64,000 nt of DNA from Balanoglossus misakiensis (Eukaryota > Animalia > Hemichordata): NCBI GenBank assembly GCA_040954595.2, contig CM082578.2, forward strand, positions 14,290,304-14,354,303, in the 5' to 3' direction. Shown one piece after another: positions 14,001-29,000 of the stretch. The notes under the pieces are model-generated. The model was not told the DNA's origin and did not search any database. It saw only the letters and a program-made list of their open reading frames with translations. The position numbers and the translations under genes were made by a program. Position 1 is the first letter of the stretch. The number at the start of each line of letters is the position of its first letter.

Positions 14001-17000
14001 AACAAGCTTGAGTTGCCACAAGGGAGAGGGTACAGTTTACAGTACTACTACAAATCAGAATGGAAAACACATCTTTGCGCGTTGCATACCTGGCATTGCA
14101 GTGTTTGCTTCAGCTTGACAAGGTTTCCCATTACAACTCAGGCAATTGGCTGGTTTGCATTCACCTGAACCCCCATCCCCGTTCAACCGTGGCGTAGTTC
14201 TACCATTTCAAAGCCAATTCTTGCTTTCCATATAAGCATGTCTGAATAACTAACTGGTGCCTGGTATTATCATAGGCACATTAGTGGAGGTAATAGCATT
14301 TTGTAAGTCAAGTGAGACTGCTATTCGCCTTGTGATATTTTTGTTTTGTCAATTGCCAAACCCTAATGAGGTTCTGTTCCTTAGGAATTGAATTACTCAT
14401 GCACTGTCTGCGCATGCAGCCATTAGGTAAATCACTGCCTATCATTTTGAGACTCTGTGCTTTCACCTTGTTGGAGCTCAAACTTCATTTATTAGAAGTT
14501 GGCTGGGGAAGCAAATTAAAAGTAACAGACAGGATTCATTTCCTGGTAGAATGACATGTTGATTAAATACAGGAGCTGTGATGGCAGTTCCTCGATGACA
14601 TATATATTATGTACATGCCTCATATGCAAAGTTGCATTGGGTGGGGTAGGACTTTGCTCGCGTTGACCTGTGGAGAGAAGAAACCATTGTCCAGGTATAA
14701 TTGTGTGTGAACATTGCCCACCTTTGCTTTTGAAAAGCCAGCAAAATTGTACACAGTGAGTGTGCTTATTGCCGAGAACCAGTTCATCTTGTGAATGGAG
14801 GTGTAAGAGGCAGCCTTGGCCAGGTACTGGGTGTGGGTGGGATGGGTCAAAGGGAACTGGTTAATCCTGAAATTATCTTTCCAAGAGACCAAGGCCTCAT
14901 CAATGTCACTGTAATGTTTATGACTAATACTCTTACCTGGAATAACAATTTAAGAATCAGTAGAGTCCTACGACGTCAAATTTCAGTTCAGTTTATAGAG
15001 TATTCTCGCATCAGAGAATATACTCACTTTCCTGTGAAAAAGTTTGGAGAGATTAATGTTGAAGTTTTGCCGGAAACGTTTTCTTGAGATTTGGCTATGA
15101 GCATCAGATCTGAGTAATCTTGGTGGTGCCAAAGCATATTGGGAAGGAAACGTCTTTGGCCAGCTGGCCGGCCTTCCTTCTGTTGACATCCAGGGGGAAA
15201 AGTGTCAAGGCCCCATTCTTGGCCACTTGCCAGCCTTGAACTTTATCTGGGAAAACCATTTTGGGAAGATGTCTATTCATTTGAAAACTGATATGTGTAG
15301 TGAAAAAATGCAGATTTGGAAAACAAGCGCGTCCAGTCGGACCTACCCCTAGGTCATATGATAATGTCATTGCTCTGTAATGTTTACTTGAAAATTCTGC
15401 TGTTTTTGCAAGATGTGAAATGAAGCTTCTCAACCAAGAGGGAAGGAGAGAGACAGAGAACAACTACATGCACTCAGTTGTGAGATACGTACAGTTATGC
15501 AGACTAGTTCTGTCCAATCTGTCTGTTGCAGATTGTCTGCCATGCTGGTATTGCTACACAACCATGGTTTCTAATTGACGGATTGAGATTACAAGCTGGC
15601 CTCAGAGCTACATCACCAGCATACACTATAATGTAATTCACATGTCACATATCAGAAGTATTAACTTAAGGAATTCTAACATATTCCAAACTGACAACAT
15701 GATATGTCTATAAGTCTTTATTTCTCTCCTTTGAAATGTGGATTTGTCTTTGGGAAATAAATTGTGCACATTTTCTCATTATGTTTTCGTGACAGACACC
15801 AATACATTTACAAGGGAGTCTGTCTGAAAAATAAAAGCATTTATTGAAAAAATAATGTTCATCATTGGAATTTGGTTTTAATTATAAAACAAACATATAA
15901 CAATGTAAAGTAACTAAAATATTTATGAGCAAAACATGTGAGATATTTCAGAAATTTAAACATTTCAACTTCTCTCATAATATTTGTATTTTCCTGAAAA
16001 TATTTGTCTAAGTAAGTGTAGAATTTGTTTGATTTCCATGCATCTTAAATTGAGAGATTTTTTTCGGAAATGGAAAGGAAAATATTGTATACTTGTGTGT
16101 TGGTTGTTTGAGGTTCTAGAGCCATTTAGATAAGCAATTATCAAGATGGAATTGATTTCTGGAGTTAAGCTACGCTGCCAGGTACGTGTATGGTTTGGTT
16201 GGCATGCTTTCAGAGTGGTAAAATGTCAGCATTATGAAATGTACATGTACTGGCAAAAATCTATAAAATAATGATTTTAGCAACCGGGTCCTAATGCCGT
16301 TCATGTGGGTCTGCTTTCCGTAAAGGTCATATCTTCGCCAGTCATCTGATAGTCTCGTCTGGGAATATTGAACAAAAAATCAATCAATGTCATCAGACAT
16401 GTCTATTTATTTGGTGTAAATTGAGTCTATCACAGGTTGTCATGGCAGTAAAATATCAATAGGTCAGACAGATTGTCTAATAATACTATTACAAGGGATA
16501 TTGAATCTTGTGAATTGGTATTGCCTTGAAATTCAATACATAATTGTAATAAAGAATATGAACCCCTCATGAACAGAATAATCATATGTATAGTTCAATT
16601 GTCTACCATTATACGGAATACATAATTTATTTACATTTTACTGAATTTACTCACCAGAAAGTCTAAGCTACTGCCACTACCTTGATTGGCGTCACTTAAC
16701 AGAGCAAAGAAATAAGATTTGACAGCATCAAAAGGTCACTAATGTAACATGAGAGTCGTTTAAATGAGTAGTTGGTGATTTGTAATTCACTAACCTTGTC
16801 AAACTCAAAGGAACTCAAGTTGTTGGTGAAGATTTGAAATACTGCCCTCAGTGGTCAAAGAGGCATTGTTAAATGGCCATCATTGCTGTCATTTGCATGG
16901 TCAGATTTATTGTGTTCTTTTCAACTCAAATAAAGGCAGATTGGAAATGTGAGAAAACAGAGTGATAAAAAGGGGTGATCTAAGTGGATCTAAATCTCCC

Positions 17001-20000
17001 TTTTCAAAGCAGAACTGACAAAGTCTCACAGTCTAGAGTGGGAATGGTTAAAAGCGTATCAATCAGTGGGAACTCCACAAGTACACGTACATTGTATGTT
17101 TTGTCCCTGGCTACATGTACTGTAAAACACTTTATTTTCGCGAGCATTAAATTTACGCTAAATATGCGAGAGCCAAAACAACGCGAAAATAAAGACTCGC
17201 GTACATATAGTTGTGAAAGAACAATGTGTGAAAACGCGAAAATTAATACTCGCGTAACAGTGGCCTCTCTCGATATCGCGAAAATTTTGACTCGCGAAAA
17301 AAAAGTGTTTTACAGTATATGTATAAAATTTGGACTTAGCTGCCGCCTTAGTTTTCCCCGTGTCTGCAATAGTCATTCCACAGAAATTTGTTTCAGGGGT
17401 GAATTTTGCACGCTCTTCTGTAGAAGTACATGACATGACCTTGCATCACTCGTAGGCAGACTGTCTAGATTTGTATCACACTGTTATCAAATTAAACCAT
17501 TGGTGCATAGCTGTGGCGTCTGCAACAACCATGTATTTCAATTCATAGTGTCATGCATCTCCAGCTCTGTGAATTATGCATGAGAGAGAAAATTGAAATT
17601 TGATCAGCTAAATCTGGTAGCTTTGTAAATATTTGAGTGGCATTGTCTACATTAGAATTATTGAATTTGTCTTTAATGCAATCTTGGAATATTCCAATAG
17701 TCTGAATGGTCTGTTTTTTCAACAAGAATCCAAGTGTATTTTAGTCTAATGGATGAAATGAAAACCGGAGCCATTTTATTAGTTGCCATAACTAGCAGCA
17801 TTTCTGTCGGCACTCAAGTAAAGTGTCTGGCGCATTTGCACATTAATATCTTTGGCAGAATTTAATTCAGTTTTTGGAACCATAATAAGCATTAAAGCAG
17901 TCAATTAAAATCCCACTGTGAGAATGCATGTACTTTTCCACATCATGTTTGTATGTAAAGCTGGGCTTGTGCCAGTTTTGAGTTTCTCAAGCTTTCATGC
18001 AAAACTGGCACATCTATGAATTTGAGAATGGGAGCTGATCTCTGTGTTCACTCTATTGAGAAAAATTAGAGTAGTGATTTTTATCAAAGCAAGATGATGA
18101 AAATTCTTACTTTGTTTTTAAAAAGAATTCGCACATAAAAATGTACTTTATATACCGTAATTGAAAAGAAAAATAGATTTAGCTTTAAGACTATTCTTTT
18201 TCTAAGAATCTTTGCCGAGGTGTGTACTACCACAAGATGTATTTGGTGTCAAAGCTCTGTTGCACACAACACAATGAGAGGTCTATTTTCAACTTGTGTG
18301 GTAAGGTGTGTCATGGTTTGTTAATTTCCGTCCCTTATACCTTTGCTTCTCGTCTCTCTCAGGGGTCACTACAATTGGCTCCAGCATGACAAGAAAGTTC
18401 TGGAGCATGAATTTCCGAAGAAAAGCGGAACGCTGTCGCTGACTTTCAAAGTGCGGTTCTTTGTGGAAAATATCACAGTGCTTAAAGAGGCAGTCACCAT
18501 AGAGCTGTTCTATCTGCAAGCCAAACAGTCGGTGTTTAAAGTAAGTACATTGTACACAAAGAAAGTCAACTCGAATCCAGGTCATCGGACGGGGAAAGGT
18601 GTGTGTGCCGAGTGGGACAGCTGTAAAATATCTCCCTGTGGGGGTGTGTTCCGACCAGCTTCACATAAAGTCTGAAACAGACAGAAAGAATGATTCAAAT
18701 GTTTATTCTAGAATGTGTGTGTTTTATGTTTGGCAAGTGGTTGGTGTAAAAGGAAGGTTATTTAAGGAGATTTCTGTTTTGAAATACTAATTCTGGGTTG
18801 TTACAGTAGCATATCCTCTGTCACATATTGCAGCCAAATCCTTGCATACTGTCAGTGTCAAACAATGAATTTTCAGCTCCTGGTAGGTTTGTTTGACAGT
18901 AAACAAACCATCATTCTTTTCCTTTTTGAGAATTTGCATGTCTTACTGCATTAGTGATACAAAAATGTGTGTGGGAATAGCCCTAGTCACAGGACGGACG
19001 ACACACGTATTGAAGTATGGATGCATTTTGATGTGGTTTTTGTTGTTGTTTTCCTTTACCAGGGTGATGTGGAAGTAGACAGCGAGACTGCGTATGAATT
19101 AGCCGCTCACGTATTGCAAGCAACTCAAAGCGACTTTATCAGGTGAGTGCATGCTATTTTGTTCCCTTGTTGACGTCCACTCGGTTTCCAAATAGAACTC
19201 ACTGAGCTGTGGTGCCTTTTTGATCCCTCCAACCCTTGCATGTATCAACGCCATTGTGTTCTGCCGTCCACTCGAACACAATGACTTCTCTGTGGAAATC
19301 CTAGCTGTCCCCTGATCTTGCAGCAAGGCCTAAATGGAGTCTTGTTCCTGTGGAATTCAGTGACGTTTAACCCTTTCACCCCCCAGTTCCCTCTTTAGAG
19401 GTCCAACAGTACCGTAGAAAACAATGTGATTGGACTGAACCATGGTGGTGAAAGGGTTAAAGGGGCTTTTCAGGTTATCAGATGGCAAGTGCAGTGGTCT
19501 TCAGTGTATTATGATGTCTAAATTGCCTCAGTGAACAGCAACTCAAGAAACACTAGAAAGGATACAGTGACAACACCAGATGATGTGGAGTTCACAAAGA
19601 AAGTATTGTCATGAGCTCCACTTAAGTTGTATGACTTGTCTGTTTTGAATTAGCAAGGGAACATTTTGGGTCCATGTCGTATCCTGGCGTTCATCAAAGC
19701 GCGGTTAAATGGATGAGGAGTGTGCTACGTGCAGTACAATTCATCACAGCTGTCATAGCCCTACTTCTGTCTTTGCGCTCGTCATAATGCTTACCTTATT
19801 CGGAAACAAAGACTCAACAGAAGAAATGAAACAAAATCCTCTTGAAATGTATTTTTTTCCCCTGAAAGCATAGTACTTATGAGCATTGTATTGATTCATT
19901 GTGACAGTGACTATGCAGCTAAAAAGGAACTCAAGAAACTTCCAGTACTGCCAACAAGTGCTTTAAAAGAGCATCCATCATTAACCTACTGTGAGGACAG

Positions 20001-23000
20001 GGTACTTTATTACTACAAGAGACTGGCTGGTCAGTCTAGGGGACAAGCAATAGTCAAGTAAGTAACAACACTTCATTTATAAGACTCTGTCATCACTATT
20101 ACCCTTGTATGTGGATTCAACCGTGCCACTGCAAACAGTGGAAGCTGAACCAAATGGTGGTTGTGGTGAGGTTAAAAACCAATTTGTGTTCTGTAAATCG
20201 TTCATCTGTAGACATGAAGTTGTCATGTTAGACTTTCTTTCATGTGAAACACACATAAAGAATATCAAACGTAAAACCGCACATCTCTATCCAAGTCGGC
20301 CATTTTAAACTATGGTAGGTCAGAGGCCAGGTACTGTACAAGCTGTTGCACTTTGCGTACTCGTCAAAATAACAGATTGCATAATCAAAACTGAATGTGT
20401 TTTCGTAGATGTTTATTCATCTTTGTGCTTCATAAACTACATGTACTACGAATGGTACTGCACGTACATTTTATCTTTGTCATCGATTTTTTCTGAATAG
20501 TCTCATCGTGTTAGTGATGTCATTTTTCACTCAGATTGTTCATTTGGAGTTTTCGGTATCCTGTTCCCTGCATTATTTTCTTTATCATGAATTCAGTACG
20601 TCTTGTTTAACTTTCAACGATTTGACTCTTTTTTTCCTAAGGATGTTGGGATGCATTGTACATTGCATATTTAAGTGGCATGAGTAACCACTTTCATTTC
20701 CCTTGTTCATTTGGCAGCAAGACAGGACTATGGTTTCCTTTCAGATAGGAACAACACCAGAGTTTCCTTGTGTCTAGACATTAACTTCGAATGAGAAACA
20801 GAACACAGATTTCTCTTTGCCAACTTTGGTAAATGGCTGAGTTCTTCTGTAACACACAGACTGAAGTAATCCATATGGGGTGGATTATAGTTGTTTTGCC
20901 ATTGGACAGACAGTATTTCGTATTTTCAATATCCCTGCTTTGAAAGCCACACAAAAGTAAAGGCGGACTGAAAAGCTCAAGTTAAACTTACAAGGGTAGA
21001 TCAGTATTTCTTGAAATAGGCAGGTGTTCGACTATTCCCATGCCTATTGTTGTCCTCGCTCCTAATCACATCACTTATGTATGGGTGAATTATCCTGTGC
21101 ATTTTTGACCATGTTTGGCCTTGTAGGTTTGCAATTAGTGTACCACTAAAAATTCTGTAAACTTGAAGATTATGTGACTGGGTATCACACTTTCGTGAGT
21201 TGCAAACTTTGTCCATTGTTGCACTTTCCATTGTCCCTACAACAAGCATGACTTGTCCAGTAGTCCAGAGTTAGAAATTCCCAAGAATAGATGCAGATAC
21301 CATATATGTCATAAAGGGCGACGGGCCACAGTAATAGTGGGCTTCTGTTCACTGTCATCTGCCTGTGAGTGTGAGGTAATGGGGTCAGAGCGGTGGTGGG
21401 CATTTCATTGTTGTCTTGGACAAAGGGAGTCCCGATAGATGAGGAAACCACCAAGTTTGGTAACTCAATACTGGATTGTATTAACCCTTGATCTGCTGAG
21501 TGTAATGAGTGCCTGGAATTGGAAATGAACCAATTAAGAAATGTATTCCGTAGATGCAAAATTGACGGCAAACCCTGAGACAGCTAATGATTCTTGTTGG
21601 CCAGTTTGTCGTCCGAGGCCTGTCATTTTCAGGCTTCATGGTATGACTTCTTATTGACAAGGACATGGGTGGACTGAAACATATATTTATGATCAGGAAT
21701 GTAGGAAATAGCCAGCAGTATGTTCAGGTTTGATGGGATGTTGACCATTGGATGTCTGCAGCAAAACGCTTCCATCACCAAGGAAGTGAATAAATGTTCT
21801 GTAATCACAGTAACATTGTAATGTTTATTGCTTATCACGAGAGCTTACAGAGACCATGTCTGTCTTGTGGAATTACAATATTGAATTTCATAGTCACCAA
21901 CCGGAATTTACTGGAATTTAAAATGAAAATTATTTTGAAATCACAAAATGTAAGGCTTTTATAGGGATTGAAATTATCCATGTGTCTGCTCACTAGTGAG
22001 TCATACGTGTGTGACCATTGACAGCAGAAAGGGCAGCCCTCTGCGGCATCCTACACCCCCTTCTCCTGAGTGGTTCAATCTATCGTCGGCATATTTACGT
22101 ATGAGTCAACCTTTGCTTCATAACAACTGTGCGTGTACATCCATTGCATTTCGTTTCCTGTCCTCGTGCTGATTGGTTTACGTGGGTTCTCACCCTTTTA
22201 AAGTTTTCACAATTCACTCATACACTGTCATTTCCTCAAGTACAACTCTGCCTGGCAACTGCCACTAAAAGGGGATACTCGGTACTTCAGAAATAAGCGT
22301 GTCCAGGAGGTAAGGTTCTCACGATCAATGTTTTCCTGTGAAAATCTAATGATCGGGCATCATGAATCGGATGCCAGGGAGGAAAGTCAGGATATGGAAA
22401 ACTTCTCTTAGCATAGACTAGTGTCATGTCATTTCACAGCATCTTGAAGAACTTCCATGTATGATTGATTCTGGTTTTTGTACCTGCAACTTGTTTCTTG
22501 GCAAATTGGTTTTATGGATTTCTGGGCTTTTCGATGAAGTGATGCGTTTGCCAGCAGTGGAGGGGAAGGGGGGGGGGGGGGGGGAGAATGTCTTCATTGT
22601 AATGGAGTTGGATGAGATATTGAGTTACTGACCTGATTGGCAATGACAGGGGGTCAGTTCAGTGTAAGGCAATGGAGTAACTAAATCAACGCTTGATTTA
22701 TTGTGGTGGTGGTGTATGGGGTGATGAATTCCACAAGTTGCTGGTATGGACTGTCGTCATTGCATGGAACCGCTCCAGGTTATGACATTGATGGTACACA
22801 TAACATTGTGCCGATTAGTTTTGCATTTGGATGTCCATGGCGATGAGTATCAGTGCATTATGTGAAAGCAACAGATGTGTATTAAAAATGCTTTTATACA
22901 TAAAGTTCTTCATGGTTTTATGGTGCCATGGAATTTATCCAAGCTTTCTATTTTGGGACAGTACTGTACCATGTACTTGTTGCATCATTGCGTCACAACT

Positions 23001-26000
23001 TCCTGTCAATTTGGGATGTTTTTATGTACCAGCTGAAAGGTGTTATGTTCAAATTATGCAACAAAAATTCCACTTATGTGCAGATAATTTAGTCATCATA
23101 AGTTGCAGTATCGTGAGAATGATAATAATTAATATCACAGAATTACTTTGTGACATTTAATTTATGTTATTTGACATGACTGATGGTAACCAAGAAGGGG
23201 AATTATGCCATTTAAAATTAATTAATTTAGTACTCAACCACTTGAAAGTCTGTGCATGTGGTGTAACCACTGCATGATAGCTAGTCTCAATGACTTCTCT
23301 ATCTGTAGGGACCAATTCATCATTTTCACATGTTTAACACTCCCAGTCCCAACCAAGCAAACAAAACCTGGGCAGTCTCCTTGTCCACTGTGGTTTCCAT
23401 CAGACCGTTTCCCAGTGCCAATGTTTCATGTCCAGAATCTCAGCAAAGGAGTTCATTCAACTATTAAAATCACCAGTGCTCATCCGTACGTCCCCCAGCC
23501 TGGGACTTCCCTATCTTAAGATGTCATCTGTGATTCATCAAATTCTTCAGCTACACCCACTGATCTGTTGACAACTGGAAAATACTGGTGGAGATAAACG
23601 TCTTCCTCTGAGATTACCTATCTGTCAACTCGGACACATTGTGTATCCCTTGGCTGTGCCCATTTTCCCTCTGGCACAAAATCTGAATTCTAATTCTTCA
23701 GCATACCATTGCATATTAGACAAACTTCACAGAAAAATTTCCTGATTCTCCAAGTCTAACAAGAATCTATAGATGCAACTCGCATTAAATCAACACTGAT
23801 CTCAGTAACAGGTGGCAGGGAATCGAATAAACTTTTTACATTGTTCGGGTCGTAAAAAGTAAAATCCTTGGATTTTTGTGTAATCTCACCAAGTATTTGT
23901 GCCAAATATTTTTCATTGTGTTGAGTTCTCTATTGAAGCTTTTCTTTTGATAACATAACACGCAGTAACCTTGCAGTTTGAAACACAACACCCAAGGTTA
24001 CTGAATTCCCAGATTCTGGTGCTTTAGTCGTTATGTTGTGTCCAGTTGTCTTTCATCAATAACGTTTGATCTTTTGTGTTTCTTGTGATTGTCAGTTACA
24101 TGTCCATCATTGAAAGTCTGCCGACCTACGGAGTACACTACTACGAAGTCAAAGACAAGTCAGGAATACCCTGGTGGATTGGATTCAGTTTTTTGGGAGT
24201 TGGCCAGTATGATATAACAGATAAAGTCACACCAAGAAAGGTAAGACAACTTTTTATACTCCTACGACTGCTGTAACCTATGTTCCCATATTTGTACAGA
24301 ACACACAGACCCAATATGGCTGACTTACTGGTCCAGTACAATGCGCGTACAGATCCCTTGTCTATACGTGGCTGGATTTAGTGAATAACTTTACATACAC
24401 ATGTAATCTTACATGTAGATGGTTTTTGAAGTCATGATGCATAGAGGAGAACATTTGGAAGCAGTTATCTGTCACTCTGGATAACTGACTGTTCAAGCCT
24501 TCAATGTGGCAATATGACTTTAACCCTTTCACCCCATATTTCTTTCAGTATGAATGGGTCCAGTGACTTTAGTAGAATACAAGGGGGGATTGCAATTGCA
24601 TCAAATCATGGCAGTGAAACGGTTGTGTCAGTCATCCGTGTCTTTCTGTGTGAGGTGAATTTAAATGTCATACAATTGTGAGATGCGTCAGGGTACTTGT
24701 GTTTGCTTGGTAGCGACTGTGACACCTTTTTGCTATTGCCCCCTGAGGAATGTACGTATTTACTGCCGCATAATTGATATGTCAGCGTGCAGCTGGTAGA
24801 CCGCAATTTATTTGAGGTCATTCAACATACCAAACACTGGGAGGGGCCATTGAGATACACAGTGGTGTTCCCGCTGCTTCAATTAGTAGAAAACTGTGGG
24901 TGCCCAGACTTGTGCCAAAAGCATACACATTGGAGGCCAGACTTCATCAGCTAACAACAACCTCTCACCTGGCAATATCCATGGAAATGTGTTCTTTGGC
25001 ACGTTCGTGCATATTATAATAAAATGAAACATTATTCATCACATTTAATGCAAGGAGTATTGGGTTCATTCTTCAGTTCTTTTGCTTTTACTTTATATAT
25101 TGTATTCTTTATCGTATGGGATTATTTATGAAGGAATCACCAACATCCATGATCCAGGAATACCTATTTTAGTTCCACCAATATTTCATCTTCGTTACAT
25201 GCAACTAATGAATTGTGAGAATGGAATTTATTTGGAACCCTTTTTTCTGACTGTAGTACTTGGAAGAGTGTAGCCGTTTTTGTGTGAAATCATTTTGTAA
25301 GCAATTGTGTTTTCACAACAGTGGATTGTGTGCACATGTGTTGTATGTATAAAGGGTGGTGTGATCTGTTACTATGGCTACAGGAGAATTGACAGCAGTA
25401 AATGCAAAATGGCTTCAAATGAGCATCGTTCTTTTGGGGAATCATTCTATGGTGTGAGAGTCAATGATATTGGTCTCAACGCAAATAATCCCACAGTCCC
25501 TGCTCTCCAGTAGGTGCTTGTTGATGAAGTTGTCAGAAGTCTGATCTCGCAGACATCTTGTACTTCACCAAGGTCAACAGCCAATATCCAGCATAGAGGT
25601 TAGAGGTCAGATTGTGTACGGTATGATGGTCACTATCACAGGCTGGTACAATGCGCTAACAGTCTGTGCTATTTTTCTGTGTCTGCGTAGGCATGTATTG
25701 TTAGGAATTATTGTCAATGCCCACTCGTTTCTCTGCCTCACGGAGATGATATCAAACCGTGTTGGTAGTTCTTTTGAAATCTGACATGAAGTGCCTTATT
25801 TACAACCATTGCTGTCAGAATCACAACATAGAGTTGTCACATAACCAAATCAGACATCTGTGACTTTATTCTGTACTTCAGATCTGCCCTATCTGAAGAA
25901 CCAGGTAGGAAAAGTTTGACCCTAGGTGACAGACTGGTTGGGATTTGTAAGTTTTGTCTAGATGTTTCTGTTTGGTGTGACCCAAATGATAGCGTCACCA

Positions 26001-29000
26001 GTGTATGGGTTACAAAGTTCAAGTGGTATGGTATCAGTTGTGATTTGTAGTCATCCTATCAAAATTTATACCGGATAGGAACCACTTTGTGTATACTCAC
26101 TCCACGTGAGTGATTGAGGATTCTGCCACTTTGGAAGTAAACCGCATTTACTTGGCTGTGGTGAGTTTTGCCTTCTGATGTTTGTATGCTGCACTTTCTC
26201 AGAGGGTCTGGATTTGTTCATGAGTGACACGGTTGACATTGTGGGTCATTTTGGTCTGAGTAATTTTCTGACAGCTTCGGTGAGACTTGACGCATGCTTG
26301 TAAGGGAACCTACTTCACCCTGTCTCACGGAAAGCAACATCTGCTAGGTCCCAGTCTCTGAGTGTGTAGATCACGTCTGAAGTTGCTAATATATCATGGT
26401 ACTTAAGCTGTCAGGAACTCCAAGCTGGTGAATTGCGCACAGATCTGAAGTCAGAGAGTTTAGTTCATTCACTTCAGAATGATCCCGCTTGGCCTGGTAT
26501 GGATCGTACACAGGAAGTGGCCAAGACCTACACTAAGTAGTTTAGCCCGAAGACATGAATCTCTATCAGGGTGTTCACTGTAAAGTGGGCTAAGATGTTG
26601 ACACCCTATGACTATAAACTAAACCATTAATGGATAACATTTATTAGAAAGAAGACTTTCAGATGTACTGAGAGAAGTTTTTTGTTGTAGTTGAAATAAC
26701 ACAGTTTACAGATGTTTTTAACTGATTCCATGACGATCACATCACAACAACAAGTCATCTTTCCGGCTTGTGGAATCACATGCACAACTCTCGACACTGA
26801 CTTCCGCCAATGTGGGGAATGAAAACAATGAGTAATTCAAAACTTCCTTCGATTCCACTTCCCCCTCATCTCTCCCATGACTCTCTGTCAGTAGTTTGGT
26901 CTTAAAATACATCGCTATAAAAATACCACAATTATAATTTATAATTTTAGTTTATGACATGTGACTCCACCAAGCCTGTGTCTCACAGTCATGCCCTTGT
27001 TACTCAAATATGAGATTTACAATTATGCAATTTCTTTCTAATTTGACCCACCTTTAATTGGTTTATCGGCATGTCCACTCATGGTTTCTTATCACACCCA
27101 CATTCACCTTGTAACTCTCTGTTTTTGTTTCCCAGGTCTTTCAGTGGAGACAGCTAGAAAACTTATACTTCAGAGACCGAAAATTTTCCATAGAAGTCCA
27201 TGATCCCAGGAGGTAAGCGTTATGACCTATTCCCACTGACAGACAGATGTCTTCTGTCACATAATTTCTATGTTGCAGTGTTGGTTCAGTGAATCAGCTG
27301 GTCTGAACATCATGACTTTTATTATATTCATTTTGATATTTTTTTAGCGTTTCATGAATTATATTTTTTATTGTTTTTTTCATTCATTTGTGTATTTATT
27401 TATGTTTAGAAGGAGGTGTCTCCAAAACTCGGTATACCCTCTTTCTTGTTTTGGTTTAATTTATTTCCCTTTAATCTGTGAAACATTAAAATCTTAGTAT
27501 AACTGCTTTAGAAAAGAATCTGGCATGGCAAACTGTTTCTCTTCAGTAGGTGATTGGGATCAAGTTGTAGTTTAAACGGAAAATAAAGCTAATTCAAAGG
27601 AGAACCAGCAACTTTCCTGCATGCATTCCGGTAGAAAACCCAAAGCCTAACCTTGCCTATCTATCGTTAAGTATCTATACAATGCAAGAAGTCTTGACAT
27701 TAACTTGAAGTCCAGTTTGATCGTTTTAAAGTGACAGATGTGGTCTATTATGTTTTTGGCATTTCATCATGCATATCTGTAGTTCCTTGTTCTACTGCCC
27801 AACACATGCAAGAATGACGGGTAATTTGGCCTGTCAAGATATCCTCTATGTGACACAGCAAGCACTTTTGTTGGTGACTCGAACCCAGGTGACTTCAATG
27901 AGAGTGTACTTGACTGCACATATAAGGTTGCATTGACTGGCTGATTACTGCACACTTCAACATGCTGTAGGAGGTAGAACAAAATGATGCACAGAATGAA
28001 AAATACTGGGGGGAATATCATCAAAATTTGCCGCTACTACCCGTTAATGCAACTAATACTGAGAAGGAGAAAGAGAATTTGTACAAAGACAAGAATTAAC
28101 ATTAAAATCACACTTATTGCTGAGTTGTGAGCTTGAAAATAGAAGGTATTGAGAGGTCACACATATCTGGTGCGGTACTTCTGTGATGAGGTGTTAGTCC
28201 AAATTCAAGTTATCAAATTTCTCCGTTGTATAGACATTGCAACGATAGATTGGCTTGGAGACCAGTAATCCCATAATATTAACATATCATATCAAGGGTA
28301 TGTGTATAAGTGAATAAAAACCCAATGAAAGATGCAGTGATTAGGGAGCTGGCGTGAGAAAAAAAATAGTGATTGAGACTTGGAGACACTTCTAAGATAC
28401 AAAATTAATTGATCTTGGAACATGAGTGTTGGGTTTCCATCGACTGCAATAACTGAACTGAGTGGAAATCATTTGCAGTGTGATTTTACTTCATCTAGTG
28501 TGTTGTGTGTGAGTGTGTCTCTTTGAATTAATAGCTCTCAACATTAAAAACCTTAACCATGAAACTCGATTATTACTGTGTAGGGCATACTAAACCCTGG
28601 CTGAGACTAACCCTCATCAGACCTCTGAAATAAAAACAAAAAAAATCTCCATGGCCTGTCTTTGGGGGCACCTCCTTCCGTGTTTGTGTAGTGCCTTAAC
28701 TAAATTGTGTAAGATAAAAACCTGTACTATAATTGCGGACTTTTCCTTCTTAGAGTTGTGCATGCTTTGAGCAGCTTCAACCTATATGACGAGGCCATAG
28801 AGGAGCCTTTGGATTGTTTTGATGACCTCTCGGATGCAATTTCCGACCCTACAACTCAGTAAGTTATACCGATGTAGACCTGTGGAAGAAAGGGGAATCC
28901 CTCTGTATATATACCGTACATCTCTTCCTCTGTCCTGCTCCTCCGCCTTTCTACTGTGCCCTTCTAATCTTCTGTCTCACTCCCCCTCTCTCGGTATTAG

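Noticed and set aside
16984-17436. Overlapping 149-aa (+) and 92-aa (-) ORFs
   Set aside because: They span the palindromic MITE, have no recognisable domain or transposase motif, and lie in a FRMD4 intron.
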